Shown here in pieces: positions 11,766-25,573 of a stretch of DNA of 64,000 bases. The DNA lies in assembly GCA_964016885.1 (NCBI GenBank), contig OZ024744.1:62248001-62312000 (forward strand), read 5' to 3'. The DNA comes from Eledone cirrhosa (lineage: Eukaryota). A program made the translations under genes and the position numbers. The notes beneath the pieces were generated by a model. That model was not told where the DNA came from. It searched no databases and was given only the letters and a program-made list of their open reading frames with translations. Within the stretch, counting starts at the first letter, position 1, and the number at the start of each line of letters is the position of its first letter.

Positions 11766-12517
11766 TTGTTATACTTTGGGAGGGTCATGTTGCCAATAAG
11801 AAACACACGCACCAGTTGCTTTCACTTCAATTTATTATATATTTATAAATTTATAAATTTCTGGTTGGTTGGTTGGTTCCACAACCAGATAGTTTATATA
11901 TAGTCATAGTTCTTTCGTCACACACTGTGACCTCTTCAGTGACTGGGATTCCTTACTTTGTTTCTGTGCCTCTCCTTTGTTCTGTCCTACGCCATTTTGT
12001 TTCTCTGTGTGTGTTGTGTGCTCAGTCTGCGCATGCGCCACATCCGGGTGTCTGTGTGTGTTTATGTTCATTTATTTATTTGTTTATTTACATGTTACTG
12101 GTTGGTTGTTTGTTCTGTGTGTGTGTGTGTTTTCATTTTGTCCTTCATTGTAAGTTGTGATGTTGCTGTTCCACTCATATTTTCTATTTAATTTTGGTTG
12201 TAATTCTTCTATGTTTATTGCCTCTGTAATTTGTCTAAACATTGCATCTTTTCTGTGTGAAGATTCTATTTTTATTTCTATGTTCTCTAATTTACCCTTG
12301 TGTTCTATCTTAGCATGTTGGTAGAGTACAGATGATTCTTTATTATCTTGAAGGTCTCGCCAGTGTTCATTTATCCGTTCCCCTATACTACGAGCTGTCT
12401 CACCTATGTACACTATATTTTTGTCTCTACATTGTCCTTCAGTACATCTTATGCTATACACTACATTTCTAGTTTTACAGTTAATATGGGGGCTTATTTT
12501 ACAGGTTATACATTTCT
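11766..12517 (-). mobile_element. Penelope-like element 3' fragment (GIY-YIG endonuclease + terminal repeat)
   Basis: Minus strand KCITCK...[14 protein letters not shown]...[16 protein letters not shown]...EAINI...LN; hammerhead downstream; TA tracts on both sides. Confidence 0.9.
11902..11944 (-). ncRNA. Minimal type I hammerhead ribozyme in the Penelope terminal repeat
   Basis: AGUCA-CUGAAGA-G-GUCACA(GUG)UGUGAC-GAAAG(AA)CUA/UGACU: 5-bp stem I, 6-bp stem II, very short stem III. Confidence 0.82.
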
Positions 12518-12611
12518 TATCTATATCTATCTATATATATCTATATATATCTATATCTATATCTATATCTATATCTATATCTATCTCTATCTCTATATAT
12601 ATATCTATATA

Positions 12612-12644
<33 letters not shown>

Positions 12645-12842
12645 ATATATCTATATCTATATCTATATATCTATATCTATATATATATCTATATATAAAT
12701 CTATATATATATCTATATCTATATCTATATCTATATCTATATATATATCTATATCTATATCTATATCTATATATCTATATCTATATCTATATATATATCT
12801 ATATATATATCTATATATATATCTATATATATATATCTATAT
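12518..12842. repeat. (TA)n/(TATC)n/(TATATC)n compound microsatellite
   Basis: Seen directly; similar tracts at 11605-11765, 16841-17080 and 22622-22695. Confidence 0.95.
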
Positions 12843-15800
12843 CCAATCTCACAAAATCATATCATATCTACATCCAATCTCGCAAAATCCGAAATCTGTA
12901 CTTTTTTGTTATCTATTTAAGTTTAAATACGGTGTTTTTGTCGTATTGAACAGAACAAATCTTGCAGTTTTGCTTTTTGTTAATCGCTTGTTAAACATTC
13001 ATAACCTTCCAGCTAGCTACCCCACACCCCTCCCACCCGCCCCCACACACCACCATTCTTAATACGTGGACCAATCATAAGCCAGAGACCCCCCCCACAC
13101 GCATCACCATTATTATTATTATAAGGCCAAAGACCCTCCCCCCCAACGCATCACCATTATTATTATTACGCGGACCAATCATAAGCCAGAGGCCTATACT
13201 ATCGCTTGCACGGTTGCCTTCGATATATGATGGATGGATGGACGGACTGCGGAATCCTGGAGAGTGGAAGGGAGAGAGAAAAATCTGGACGCTCAGAGCG
13301 AAAATGCCAAAGTTAAAGTCAAATTCACCTCGTGGACGAGAATGCGAGCACTCCTCTTTGTTTCGCCCGCGGATGGCTAACATAACCCCATCTCCCCCCG
13401 CCTCCCACCACCCCCACCCTCCAAACGCAATCCAAAACTTCAGAGTTGGTACCATAAATGTAGGCACCCTAAGGGGTCGCGCTAACGAGGTTGTAGAAAT
13501 GCTTGAACGTAAGGAGGTCGATGTTTGTTGTATTCAAGAGACCAGGTGGAGGGGTGGGTCTGCTAGATTCATTGAGGGTAAAAAACGATGTTATAAGCTT
13601 TTCTGGGTGGGAAACGACGATGGGCTGGGTGGAGTAGGAATCATGGTAGCAGAAAAGTGGGCAGATAAGATAATAGACGTAAATAGAGTGAACGACAGAA
13701 TAATTAAAATACGACTTGTCCTCAATAGAACTACGGTGACAGTAATATCTGCGTACGCACCCCAATCCGGACTGCCCGGCACTATAAAAGACAGATTCTA
13801 TGAGACACTGTTGCTAACTACCTCCCAAATATCTGACAGTGACTATATAATTATTGCAGGCGACCTAAATGGTCACGTTGGACAACATTGTGACGGCTAC
13901 GACGAAATCCATGGAGGCTATGGGTTTGGTACTAGAAATGAGGAAGGCTCCAGAATCCTGGAATTCTGTGATGCAAATAACCTAACTATCTGTAACACTA
14001 ACTTCAAAAAACGTGACAATCACCTGATCACCTATAGATCCGGGGAACACACAAGCCAGGTAGATTATATCCTTACCAGAAGACGTGACAGAGTGTCTGT
14101 TGTAAACACTAAATCCCTCCCCCATGAAGAATGCACCTCCCAACATAGACTGATAATTAGCGACCTCATAGTCAGGACGAGACGTACTCAACAGCAGAAG
14201 AGGACTATCCTCAGGAGAAAAATATGGAAGCTAAAGGACCCCACAGCCAAAAATAAATTTCAAAACATATTACTTGATGCTTTCGACAGTAAGGAAGAAC
14301 ATTTAGAGTCGGACAATATAGAGGGAGAGTGGGAATTTCTGAAAGCAAACCTGCTGTTGGCGACAGACGAAGTCTGTGGCTGGAGCAGGCCTGTAGGCAG
14401 GAGGAGAGTAACATGGTGGTGGAACAGTAAGGTGGAGGGGTCAATTAAGGCCAAAAAGCAGGCTTGGAAAGTATGGCGGGATGGGGGAAGTAGAGTAGAC
14501 TATCAAGTGGCCAGGAGGGAAGCCAGGAGAGAAGTGTACTTAGCAAGAAGGGAAGCTGAGGAAAGAAAGTTCAAGCATGTTCTACAACGCGATGACCAAA
14601 AACGTGAGGTGTTCAGGATTGCTAGGCAATGCGTCAAGGAAAACCGTGATATTGTCGGGGAGAAGTGTGTACTTAACGATGATGGCATACTTGCCATCAC
14701 CGACACTGATAAGAAGGTAGCTTGGAAGTGTCACTATGAAAGGCTACTAAATGAGGAGAATAAATGGGAGAAAGACAGTCTCCCCCATATCGACCCAATA
14801 GAGGGACCAGCAGTGTTAGTCGAGGGGAGTATAATAAGTAAGGCAATCAAGGATATGAAGACGGGTAAGGCGGCTGGGCCTTCGGAAATAGTCGCTGAGA
14901 TGCTAAAGGCCTCTGGAACGGTGGGACACACCATGGTCAGCCGGATAGTAAACCAAGTCATACAGAATGGGGTTGTTCCGAAGGACTGGCATAGAAGCAT
15001 CATCATTAACTGTTACACGGGTAAAGGAGACGCCCTAGATAGGAGTAACTATAGAGGGATTAAATTAATCGACCAGGTCATGAAGGTCACGGAAAAAGTA
15101 ATAGTGCAACTAATCAGAGAGAGAATCGATCTAGATGAAATGCAGTTCGGGTTTGTGTCAGGCAAAAGTACCACAGACGCTCTTTTCATTGTACGACAAC
15201 TACGGGAGAAGTACCTAGCTAAAAGTAAACCCCTATACTTAGCCTTTGTCGACTTGGAGAAAGCTTTCGACAGAGTCCCCCGTTCCATTATCTGGTGGGC
15301 TCTTAGAAAACTAGGTGTTGACGAATGGCTTGTTAGAGCTATACAAGCCATGTATAAAGAAACAGTGAGCAAGGTTAGAATTAACAACGAATATAGTGAA
15401 GAGTTTAGCGTATAAGTTGGTGTCCATCAGGGCTCTGTTCTTAGCCCCCTACTATTCATTATTGCTCTTCAGGCTATAACAGAGGAGTTCAAGACCGGCT
15501 GCCCATGGGAACTCCTATACGCAGATGACCTAACGCTCATAGCTGAATCAATGGCCGAGCTAGAGAAGAAATTCCACGGCCTAGAATCAAAAGGCCTTAA
15601 AATTAACGTGGCTAAGACTAAAGTTCTAGTTTGTAGGAAAGAAAATAAGGCGCCGGTCCCTTCCGGGAAATGGCCATGCTCAATGTGTAGGAAAGGCGTA
15701 GGTAGAAACTCCATTTTATGTCCCAAATGCAAAGTATGGGTGCATAAAAGATGTAGTGGGATCACAGGTAAGCTAACTAAGAACACAGATTTTACATGTG

Positions 15801-16840
15801 GCCGGTGCTCTGGTGCATTAAGTAGCAGCCAGTGCCCACAAAATACTAGCTCTTTCAACTGCGCAGAGGGTTCTATAGAAATAGTGGACAGCTTCCGTTA
15901 CCTGGGTGACAAAATCAGCAGTGGGGGAGGGTGCTCCGAAAGTACAGTAGCTAGAGTCAGAACTGGATTGAAAAAGTTCAGAGAGCTTATACCACTATTA
16001 GCCGCTAAAGGGTTCTCCCTAAAAGTGAAAGGCAGGTTGTATGATGCCTGCATACGAACAGCAATGTTGCATGGCAGTGAGACCTGGGCATTGTGTGCAG
16101 AGGATATACGCAGACTAGAGAGGAACGAAGCTTGCATGCTCCGCTGGATGTGTAATAGTAATATACGCGAACGGCAAAGCATAAACGAACTAAGGAAAAA
16201 ATTAGAAATAAGAGGGATCAGATGTTTACTCGAGAGAAGGCTACGTTGGTATGGTCACGTGATGCGCATGAAAGACGACAGCTGTATAACAAAGTGCAGG
16301 GCAATAAAGATAGATGGTAGCCACGGAGTAGGCACACCCAGAAAAACCTGGGACGAGCTGATAAATTCCGACCTCACACACTTACACCTCTCCAAGACAA
16401 TGTCACTGGACCGAGACCTTTGGCGGTACTCAGTAACAGAGAAGACCCGCGTTACCTAAATACAAAGTAAAACCTACTACAGTCAGTAGGCATCTCTAAC
16501 AAAATACACCCCCGTCCCACCACCCCCACCCCATCCACACCGCCTCTTTCAATGTAAAGTTATGTTGGTGCCACAAAATCCAGGCCGAAACAAATGAGAT
16601 CGTGTAGGTGTCACGAAAAAAAAAAAACACAGTCCACACTGTAATGTGACCGTGTAGGCAACACGGTAAAAACGTCCCAGCCCCACACTGTAAATGTGGT
16701 TGGTGTTAGGAAGGGCATCCAACTGTAGAAAACCCGCCAGACAGTCCTATGCGAGCAAGACAACCACTCTTGCCTCAAGTGGGAAAACTCCCGTCCAAAC
16801 CCATGCAAGCATGGAACACGGACGTTAAACGATGATGATG
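12843..16840 (+). mobile_element. RTE-clade LINE, subfamily A copy 2 (with 5' UTR)
   Basis: Near-identical to 363-3899 plus about 500 bp of extra 5' sequence; (GAT)n tail; 5' boundary taken at the end of the microsatellite. Confidence 0.93.
13214..16459 (+). pseudogene. RTE APE+RT+PHD ORF with one premature stop
   Basis: ORFs 13214-15415 and 15551-16459 are in the same frame; AAA>TAA at 15413-15415; in-frame 12-nt (QTWK) and 3-nt deletions relative to copy 1. Confidence 0.92.
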
Positions 16841-17281
16841 ATATATATATATCTATATCTCTATATCTCTATATATATCTATATATCTATATATATATCT
16901 ATATCTATATCTCTCTATATCTATCTATATATCTCTATATATCTATCTATATATCTCTCTATCTATATATATCTATATCTATATATATCTATATATATAT
17001 CTATATATATATCTATATATATCTATATATATCTATCTATATCTATATCTATATATCTATCTATCTATCTATCTATCTCTGGGATGGACACAAGCGTGTA
17101 ACTTGCTGAATAAGTTTTGCTTAAATTTCTATAGAAATTCTTGACTGTAAACTTTATTTTTTGTACCATTTTGTAGAGGGACTGCCAGGTCAAACTTTAA
17201 TCTGGTCAGTCTCTCAAAATAATCTACGCCTTTAGGCGAAATAGTTACCAAAAGTTTTGAAAAGTTAACATTTTTTGTAAA

Positions 17282-18560
17282 ATGGCTGAAGCTTCTTCAC
17301 CAAAATTCGAAGGAGGAAAGGGGAAGATAAGCTTACAGCTTCCCCCTGCCACTGTCACAGTAGCAGGGGTCAAAAACAAAGCCAGAGGAAGGATTTTCTC
17401 CACCTGCTGACCAACAACTTGACGTTGCCATGACAACAAACCAAAGAACCAGCAGCACCAGCGACAACAACAATGCTACAGACGAAAACAACACCAATAA
17501 CAATAACAACAACAAGACCAATAACTGTGATAACAACAACACCACCAACTACAACAGCAACACAAACAAGGAAAAGGTCTCCTTCGCCCAGACGGCAAGG
17601 AAAACCCTCTACTATCTGCCAGTAGATATAACCAAAGCGAAGAAGCTACTGGCAGATGCCAAAAAATATATAGTGTACGGGGAAAATGGTGCATTCACGA
17701 TCCACTCCTCCCCAGAACTAAAAAGCCAGAGACTCCTAAACACTGTCATGTTTAGGACAATCTCAAATAAAAGCAAAAAACCAGCTCAACCATCACAGAG
17801 TGAGATAGAGCTGGTTTTAAAAGACGTCATGAAGGACATCACCTTCATTCAGAAGGATAGACTCTACGGGAGTCTATCCATTCTCATGAAGGACAGGGAC
17901 ACAGCAGTGAAACTGTCCATCAAACCAATCACATCCACCGCATACACCTACTCTACGTACATGGGTAGAAGGACACAAAAAATAAAAATCCACACCATCC
18001 TGCCGATTATGGACATATGGTGGGTTTTGACAGGTTTCCTGAACCTGGATGATGACACGCTGGTGTCCATGGGAAAGGCATCGGGTGACGCGTTCAGTGG
18101 AACGAGCCTCGACTTTGTAGTTCAAATGAGGCCCGAAAGGATCGCCCAGATCCCTGAACGCGTCATACTGGATGATCAAACTTTCATCAACTTTACCGTT
18201 GAGGGTAGGTGGCCCTCGTGTTACCTCTGTGGAACCAGAGGTCACCTGAGGGCTGTCTGTCCCCAACTTAATAAGAAAACCCCAATCCTGCCTACACCAC
18301 CAACAACTGCACAACCAACACAAACACCACAACTACCACTACAAAAACAACAACCACAGCTCAAACCAAAACAAAACAATGTCCAACCTATCCCCCCCAC
18401 TAAAAAAAAAAACAATTTCCAAAACACCCACACCGCAAATACAACCCGAAAATATACCCCTCCAACGCGGAAGATGACCCTAGTTCGTCATCAGACGAGG
18501 AGGAGCACTTCCACACAATCAAAAGAAAAAAAAGAAAACACACCTCAGACACACAAATGA
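17282..18560 (+). pseudogene. Tx1 ORF1 (gag-like, zinc knuckle)
   Basis: MAEASSP start shared with 9995; frameshift before 17430; CYLCGTRGHLRAVC; Asn-rich and Pro/Thr/Gln-rich linkers. Confidence 0.8.
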
Positions 18561-19049
18561 AAACAACCCCTCCCCAAAACATAACACTGACACCCACACA
18601 AAAGAGCTCACAACAACAGCAAACAAAAAAACACCACACAAAAACAAAAACATGCATACACATACATAAACACAAGAAACAAAAAACTGTTAAACATTGT
18701 GTACAACAACAATTTAATAAAAACCCAAGGGCCTAACTTCACCCAGGCAGGGGATTTCCCCCACCTCAAAATGATTAAAGCCCCACAGGACACTTATAAA
18801 ACTTTAAAAAACAACTTTAAAGAGGACGTGGGTCCCCCCTCGTCGGGCCCATTAACCGTGTCCTCCTAAAAAACTACCCCACCCCCTCCCCAAACACAAC
18901 TCCAAACACCCCAACCACACAACACACTGATGCCCCTACACTTCCACAAACCAATCCCCACCCAACAACCCATCCCCCACCCTCATGGAAATTGTGCAGC
19001 CCGATACCCGGGACGCAGAGAGGTAAGTGCCTTTTCTCTTCACCACCAA

Positions 19050-22000
19050 CATGGCAATGCTAAGAGTAGGCTGTTTAAATGCGCGTGGCCTTGGAAGCAA
19101 GCAATGCTTCTAAATGACCTCAGGTCACAACGTATAGATGTGATGGTTATTTGCGAGGCCCGGATCAGCAACGTGTGACAGCTGGCCCCCCACCTTTGAT
19201 GACTGAGATGCACGCATCTCTCTGTCAGCCCGGAGGTGGGGGTGGGTTGTCGTTCTGCTGCAAAAACATCTGGGTCTCGCAACACAGATGGTACATTTGT
19301 ACCCGGAGAGTCGACTAGTGGTTCTGGACCTTGGCAGTGGTGAAGGCGGAGCGTTTAGGTTGGTAGCCGCCTACGGCCCTTTCGGATCAATGCGGCCGGA
19401 CTTCTTCCATCGTCTGGAGACTTTTCTAGGGACGTCCCGCTCCTTGCTATTAGTGGGGGACTGGAATGGTATCCTAGATGCACGCTGGGACTACGTAGGG
19501 GCCTGTCCCGATAGAGAGGGGTGTAATAGCCTCAAAGGGTTAATCGGTCGATTTGACCTGGCCGATAGATATCGACTAGATTTTCCGACTGCGCCAACCT
19601 GGACTTGGGCAAATCATAGCGGATCATCTAGGTCGTACCTAGATAGGTTCTTAGTTAGAATTAAGGATAAGGACTTTTAAGTTGTCCAAAAATGCGCATG
19701 GTTGGCTATTCAGACCACAAGTTAGTGACCTGCATGGTCAACCTTGACAGAACGCATAGACAGGGACCCGGTTACTGGAAGCTCAACTTGTCTTACTGGC
19801 AAGTAAGGCTTACAGGGACCGGATTAGCACTTTAGTTAAGGACCGGTTGACGGGCGCCATCGTCAACAGCAATGTGGTGGGGATCTCTCAAAAAAGAGAT
19901 TAGAGTAGTCTCTATAGAATTTAGTAAGGAGTTAGCCTCAAATAGAAATAGGAAGGAAAGGGAGTTGGTAGATAGTGTAGAAGAGGCAATTAGAAGCGGC
20001 GAGGTGGCCAGAGTGCTAGCGTCGAGAACGGCCCTGGGCCAGTTCTTCGACGCGAAACACGAAGGCTGCATCGTCCGAAGCAAAATACGTGCTCTGGGAA
20101 ATGAGGGGACCAAAGCTGTTAGCTGGGCCAACGTGACAGAAGCCAAAAGAGGGAGTAGATCCACTATCCAGTCTTTGCGAGACCAGGATGGATGGGTGAT
20201 CCTTGAACCTAAGCAGATGTGCGAGGCTTTTCAAAAGCACTTTGCCAGATTGTTCAGAAAGGGGCAGGGAGCCGGTTGGGGAAGTGGACTTCGGTCCGTA
20301 CCTCGACGGCCTACCGCCTCTCTCGGACAGGGAGGCGAAGTCCTGCATGGAGCGGATTTCAGCCGCTGAGATAGAGGACGTGCTGAGCCAATGCGGCAAA
20401 CGCAAATCCCCGGGTCTCAATGGTCTTCCCTACGAACTATATCTAGCTATGCTGGACTTGTTCCCCGATCTCCTCGAGGCGGTCTACTGCAACTGGCAAC
20501 AGAACGGGAGAATTCCCTGTGCTGTGACCAAGGGCGTAGTCACACTAGTGAGGAAGGACGAGAACAAGGGGGACGATATAAATAATTTCAGGCCCATAAC
20601 TCTGCTAAATATAGAGTTACAGATTTTGGCCAAGGTGCTAGCAAAGAGGTTGGCGCTTGTCATGGGCAACCTGGTGGGAGATGCGCAGACATGTGCTATC
20701 CCGTCCAGGTCCATCCACGACAACCTCCACCTCATGTGATACATCATAGAGAGGGTTGGGAACGAACCTGGCTTTGGTGGGGCCCTGATCAACTTGGATC
20801 AATCTAAGGCGTTCAATAGGGTTGACCATGGTTACCTGGATGCGGTGCTAGCAGCGGCAGGCTTCGGACCCGTTTTCAAGGGCTGGATCAATGCCATGCA
20901 CAGCAGCCTCATCTGTTCTAGGGTCAAGGTGAATGGCTACCTCTCGGAGCCGTTCGAAATCGCGCGATCCATTCGACAAGGGTGTCCTCTCTCCTCCCTT
21001 CTGTATGTAATGACTCTAGAGCCACTGCTGCAGAAGTTGGAGTTGTTGCAGGGCATCCCGTTGGAACTGGGATTGCGGAAAGCGGTGTCGGCCTGCGCCG
21101 ACGACGTAACAGTAATGGTGTCGACAGCCTCGGAAATCGGGGTGATCGGCACCTTACTGGAGGAGTACGAAAGGTTTACAGGGGCTAAGCTGAACCGGGA
21201 CAAGTCGATCAGTCTGCAACTCGGCACGTGGAGGGGCAGATCGATGCCCTCCGATGGCGTCGTCGGGCGCTGGACAGAGGGCCCAGTGAAGTTGCTCGGG
21301 GTCTGGTTCGGACCAGACCTCCAGGTGGAGAAGAACTGGGGTGAGGTAACGAACAGGGTGTTTGCACTGACCCAGAAGTGGGCCGAGTGCAAACTGTTCC
21401 TGAAAGGTCGGGCGGAGGTGACGAACACTTATATAGCGTCCGTCATCTACTACCGCATGACCGTCATGCCTTGCCCAAGGGAAACGCTCGCCAAAGTGGA
21501 CCGCGCACTCTTCCAATTCCTTTGGAAGAAGCTGGCTCCTATGGTGAGGAAATCCATCTGCTGTCAACACCCTTCGAAAGGAGGGCTGGGGATGCCGTGG
21601 CTAATGATACGTAAACACGCATTAAGGCTACGGCACCTCCAGGTATTCCTCACCGGTCAACCGGTGTGGGCCCCGTTTGTGAGGCGAGCCTTTCCCAGAC
21701 TCGTCTCACTCACCGAGCTGCAATCCTGGTTCTCTGGCAGGCGGACCCACCTGTCAGTGGAGAATCCACCTCGTCATTCTATAGAGGGCTGGTGGTTAGC
21801 AGGTGCGATGACGCCATCGGAGAAGCCCTAGGCATGGAGGAAAATGAACTGGCCAACCTGTTCGGTAGGACATTCAGCCCGGGACCCATGGATAACTTCC
21901 AGAGGTCCCTGGCCTGGCAGTGCTACAGAAGGGCTCTGCCCGTTCGAGAAAGGCTCTACAGACACGGGCGCCCGGGTAGGGACCCCTCGAAAAAGATCTG

Positions 22001-22415
22001 TCCCAGATGCGTGTGCGACGAGGAAACCGTTGCACACGCATTGGTACACTGCTCGGGCATTGCCGATCTGTGGGGCTATGTCGAACAACTGCTGTCAAGG
22101 GTGGGACCGATCCGGTTGACCACCGAGTCTATTGTAACGATCAAGCCGCCTCCCCTCTTCAAAAACGAAGGAGAGGGGGTGTTTCTGTGCATAATAGCTA
22201 TGGCGAAAAAGGTTGTATGGTGGACGCGTCTGAAAGGACTGAGGTCAGACACCTTTCTCTCTGGCCAACAACTGGTCCGTTTCTTCCGTTATCATTTTGG
22301 AAGAAGGATCAGCATGGAGAGAGAGGTGCTGCACCCCAGCTGTTTTTATGAAAGATGGGTGAAAGTGGCGAGAATGGCCCGTGTGAATGGGCCTTCACTC
22401 TACATCAGACTATAG
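19050..22415 (+). pseudogene. Tx1 ORF2 (APE, RT, zinc finger), multiply disrupted
   Basis: Consecutive ORFs at 19288, 19872, 20203, 20794 and 21666 carry the motifs in order. Confidence 0.88.
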
Positions 22416-23324
22416 GTGAGGAAGATGAAAGACCAAGGGAGCACCCCATCTCTGCGCCTCCTCTCTATTGAGGATTTTGTTATAAATTTTATTTTGTCAT
22501 ATTTTATTTTATTTTTATATTTTGTTATTGCCTCCTCCTTATTGAGGACGCCTTGTTATGTAAACTCCCCCCATTGTACTTGTCCCACTTTTTGATGCCC
22601 TGGTGGCAAATAAAAAGAAAATTATCTATATATATCTCTATCTTTATGTATCTCTATATCTCTATCTATCTCTATCTATCTATATCTATTCTATATGTTT
22701 TTAATGGCTAAAATGACTTTTCCATGCTGTAATTGCTTCCAGTCACTTGCCAAACAAGTACAACTCTGAAAATGATTTTAGATGACAGAAAAGTGCCTGA
22801 GTGAATAATAATGTTGAGAACATTTTTCTTTCCACTAATGTAAAACATGTGAAATTTTTCACTCGAGTATTTTAATTATTTTACTCTCCTTGGTACCATA
22901 AAGCATATAATGGCTATATGAACTGATGAGACAGTTTCTATGATCGTTCATCTTACTAGAATTAACAGCACCTTATTGTCTTGTCTTTAAAAGAATAATA
23001 AAGGACATATTAGATAATGATGTCCTAGAGACAGTACGCCTGAATAAAAGAATGGTCACAGCCAGAATGCCTATTATGATATGTTTGCTGTATTAAGACT
23101 GGTCCAGGTTAAATAACATTAAATCATAAAGGGAATTTGGTTCTTTTGTGTTCAGACCTTGTACTATGACTGTATAACATAAAAAATCAAAGTATTTACT
23201 GTAAATTTTCACAATGACCTATTCATTAGAAAAGATACTATAAACTTTTGAATTAGACATGTTTTTAGATATTTTCTGCTAAATTATTACAAGGTGTTAA
23301 GAGTTAACATACTGTATATGATAA

Positions 23325-24177
23325 GTAGAAGAGGACAAAACTGATTCCATCAGGGAAATGGCCATGTTCGATATATAGAAAAGGAGTTGGCATAAATTCT
23401 ATAAAATGTACACAATGCAGATCTTGGGTACACAAGAGATGTGTTGGGATAGCAGGCAAACTAACAAGTAGGGAAAACCACATATGCAGTAGATGTTCAG
23501 GAAAATTTGACAGTAGAAGTCGCAGTGATGGACACATTTTTCAAATACAGGTAGGATCTATAGAAGTGGTTGATAGCTTCTGGTACCTAGGTGATCAGAT
23601 TAGCAAGGGAGGAGGGTGCTCCAAGGGCATAGTATCTAGAATAAGGATGGGTTGGAAGAAATTTAGAGAGCTGCTTCCTGTGTTGACAAAGAAGGGTTTC
23701 TCACTGCGTACGAAAGGCCGGTTATATGATGCCTGTGTGAGATGGCGATGTTGCATGGTAGTGAGACATGAGCAGCAACTGCAGAGGATATGTGAAGGCT
23801 GGAGATAAATGAAGTAAGCATTCTCCACTGGACGTGCAATGTCAATGTGTGTGAACGACCAAGCATAGATGAGTTGAGAAAGAAACTGGGTATAAGAGGG
23901 ATAAGTTGTGTTGTGCAGGAGAGAAGACTGAGATGGTATGGACATGTGATGCACATGGATGATGACCGTTGAGTGAAGAAGTGCCAAGAAATCCAAGTGG
24001 AAGGGAGACACAGTAGAGGAAGACCACGAAAAACATGGGCGGAGGTGGTGAGAGCTGATCTTAGATAGCTGAAGCTCACAGAGATGACGAAGGACCGTGA
24101 CAAGTGGAGAGATGCTGTGCTGAATAGAACCCCGCCCCACCCTTGCAAGCAGGGAAAAGCGGACGTAAAATGATGAT
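23325..24177 (+). mobile_element. RTE subfamily C 3' fragment with PHD remnant
   Basis: GKWPCS..RKGVG.NSIKCTQCRSWVHKRC, VDSFWYLGD, RRLRWYGH; ends gcggacgtaaaatgatgat. Confidence 0.88.
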
Positions 24178-24185
24178 ATATAAGC

Positions 24186-24216
<31 letters not shown>

Positions 24217-25411
24217 ATGAGAGAGTTAACTCCAGAAGACAAGCAACAGCTCTAGATTACAAGATTTACAATGTACCATACATTGTGAATTGAGATTTTG
24301 TAGATAATTCAGATGCTAGGTTTTCGCATATTTTTTGGGGGGAAAGTGCAACACTCAAGTATATGTGGTGTGTGTGCATGCGAGTGTCATATATATTCAT
24401 ATATAAGTCATATCTAATTTACAATGTGTATTTTGAAGTGAAGTTCTGTAGGTCCAGTAGATATATCACATCATTTTTTTTTGTTTACATCGCAGTTTCA
24501 TAGAAAAAGATCCAACTTATACATAAGTACTATATACAGTACTTTATTTTACATACACCAACACAAAATATCATTTGGTTGGTATATAAAGTAGTTGTTT
24601 ACCAATGTCAAACTTTTTAATACCCCACCACCACATTACTACAACCACTACCACCCAGCTTCAAAAGATTTTTATGACATACATATACACTACAAGTTTC
24701 ACAACTATTAACCAAGAAAAAGGGGATGGAGAGAAAGAGAGTGAGTTAGAGAATCAAAGTCTTGAGGTTACAACCCAACATAGCAATGGTGGAGATGGTA
24801 ATTCAAATCGGAATGAAGGGAGTGTAATTCTTCCTTCAAGCTTTGTTGAATAATAATACATTCTCAGAGAATTGAAGCTGCTGGTAAAATGGTAAGATAA
24901 ATATCAAGAATGGTTTCAATAGAGTCTTGTTTAGAAGGAAATATGACAACTTTTTTCTAAAATATGTATATAAGGAAAGAATAATATTTTAGAAAATATA
25001 GACATGTATGTGTATGAATAAACATTCCCTAAATCAATTCAGTATTTACTTTCAAATTTCAACTTACCAAACAAATTCTCTCTCCTCGTCCTATTTCCAT
25101 TACCCACTGTTTCTACTGTCCTCTCCTCACTCTTCTAAATCAATTCAATTTCTTCTTTACTTTCAAATATCAACTTCCCAAACAAATTATCTCTCTCCAT
25201 CCCTCATACTATCTACACACAAATTTACCTAAGATTAAAAATTAATTCGAAATACAAGACTGCTGGTATAATATAACCAATCAACAAACAATGCCAGCAG
25301 AAAAAAAAAATGTAATAAGTCAACCACAATACATCATGAGTGTGTTCGTTCGTTCGTTCGTTCGTTCGTTCGTTCACACACACACACTATACATATATAT
25401 ACACATACATA

Positions 25412-25573
25412 CCTCATTTCCTGGCGTCGAAGACGCTACTTTTTTCATAAAATAAGGCTCAAAAATATACCTTGGAGGCTGAAGGTTGTTTATTATTTTT
25501 TTTTCAAATTTTTGGTTGTCAGAATTAGGGTGCGTCCTCGAAGACGAAGCGTCTTCAGCATCGGGAAATACGG
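25412..25573. mobile_element. Tc1/mariner-pogo-type MITE
   Basis: Imperfect TIRs cctcatttcctggcgtcgaagacgc / gcgtcttcagcatcgggaaatacgg, in TA/CA context. Confidence 0.55.

Larger units (their letters stand above)
17081..22621 (+). mobile_element. Full-length Tx1/L1-group LINE, decayed
   Basis: ORF1 with CCHC knuckle; ORF2 pieces with APE (VGDWN, SYLDRF, SDH), RT (FRPITLLN, DQSKAF, RQGCPLS, ADD, KLLGVWF, GGLG) and C-terminal CPRC..ETVAH..HC. Confidence 0.92.

Noticed and set aside
12348-13062. ORFs rich in I/Y/S (also 11627, 16832)
   Set aside because: Translations of TA/TATC microsatellite
13065-13200. HDV-like ribozyme in the RTE-A 5' UTR
   Set aside because: Only short tandem duplications found; could not build the nested double pseudoknot
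22920-22950. ctgatgagac as a hammerhead core
   Set aside because: No stem II, GAAA or stem I downstream
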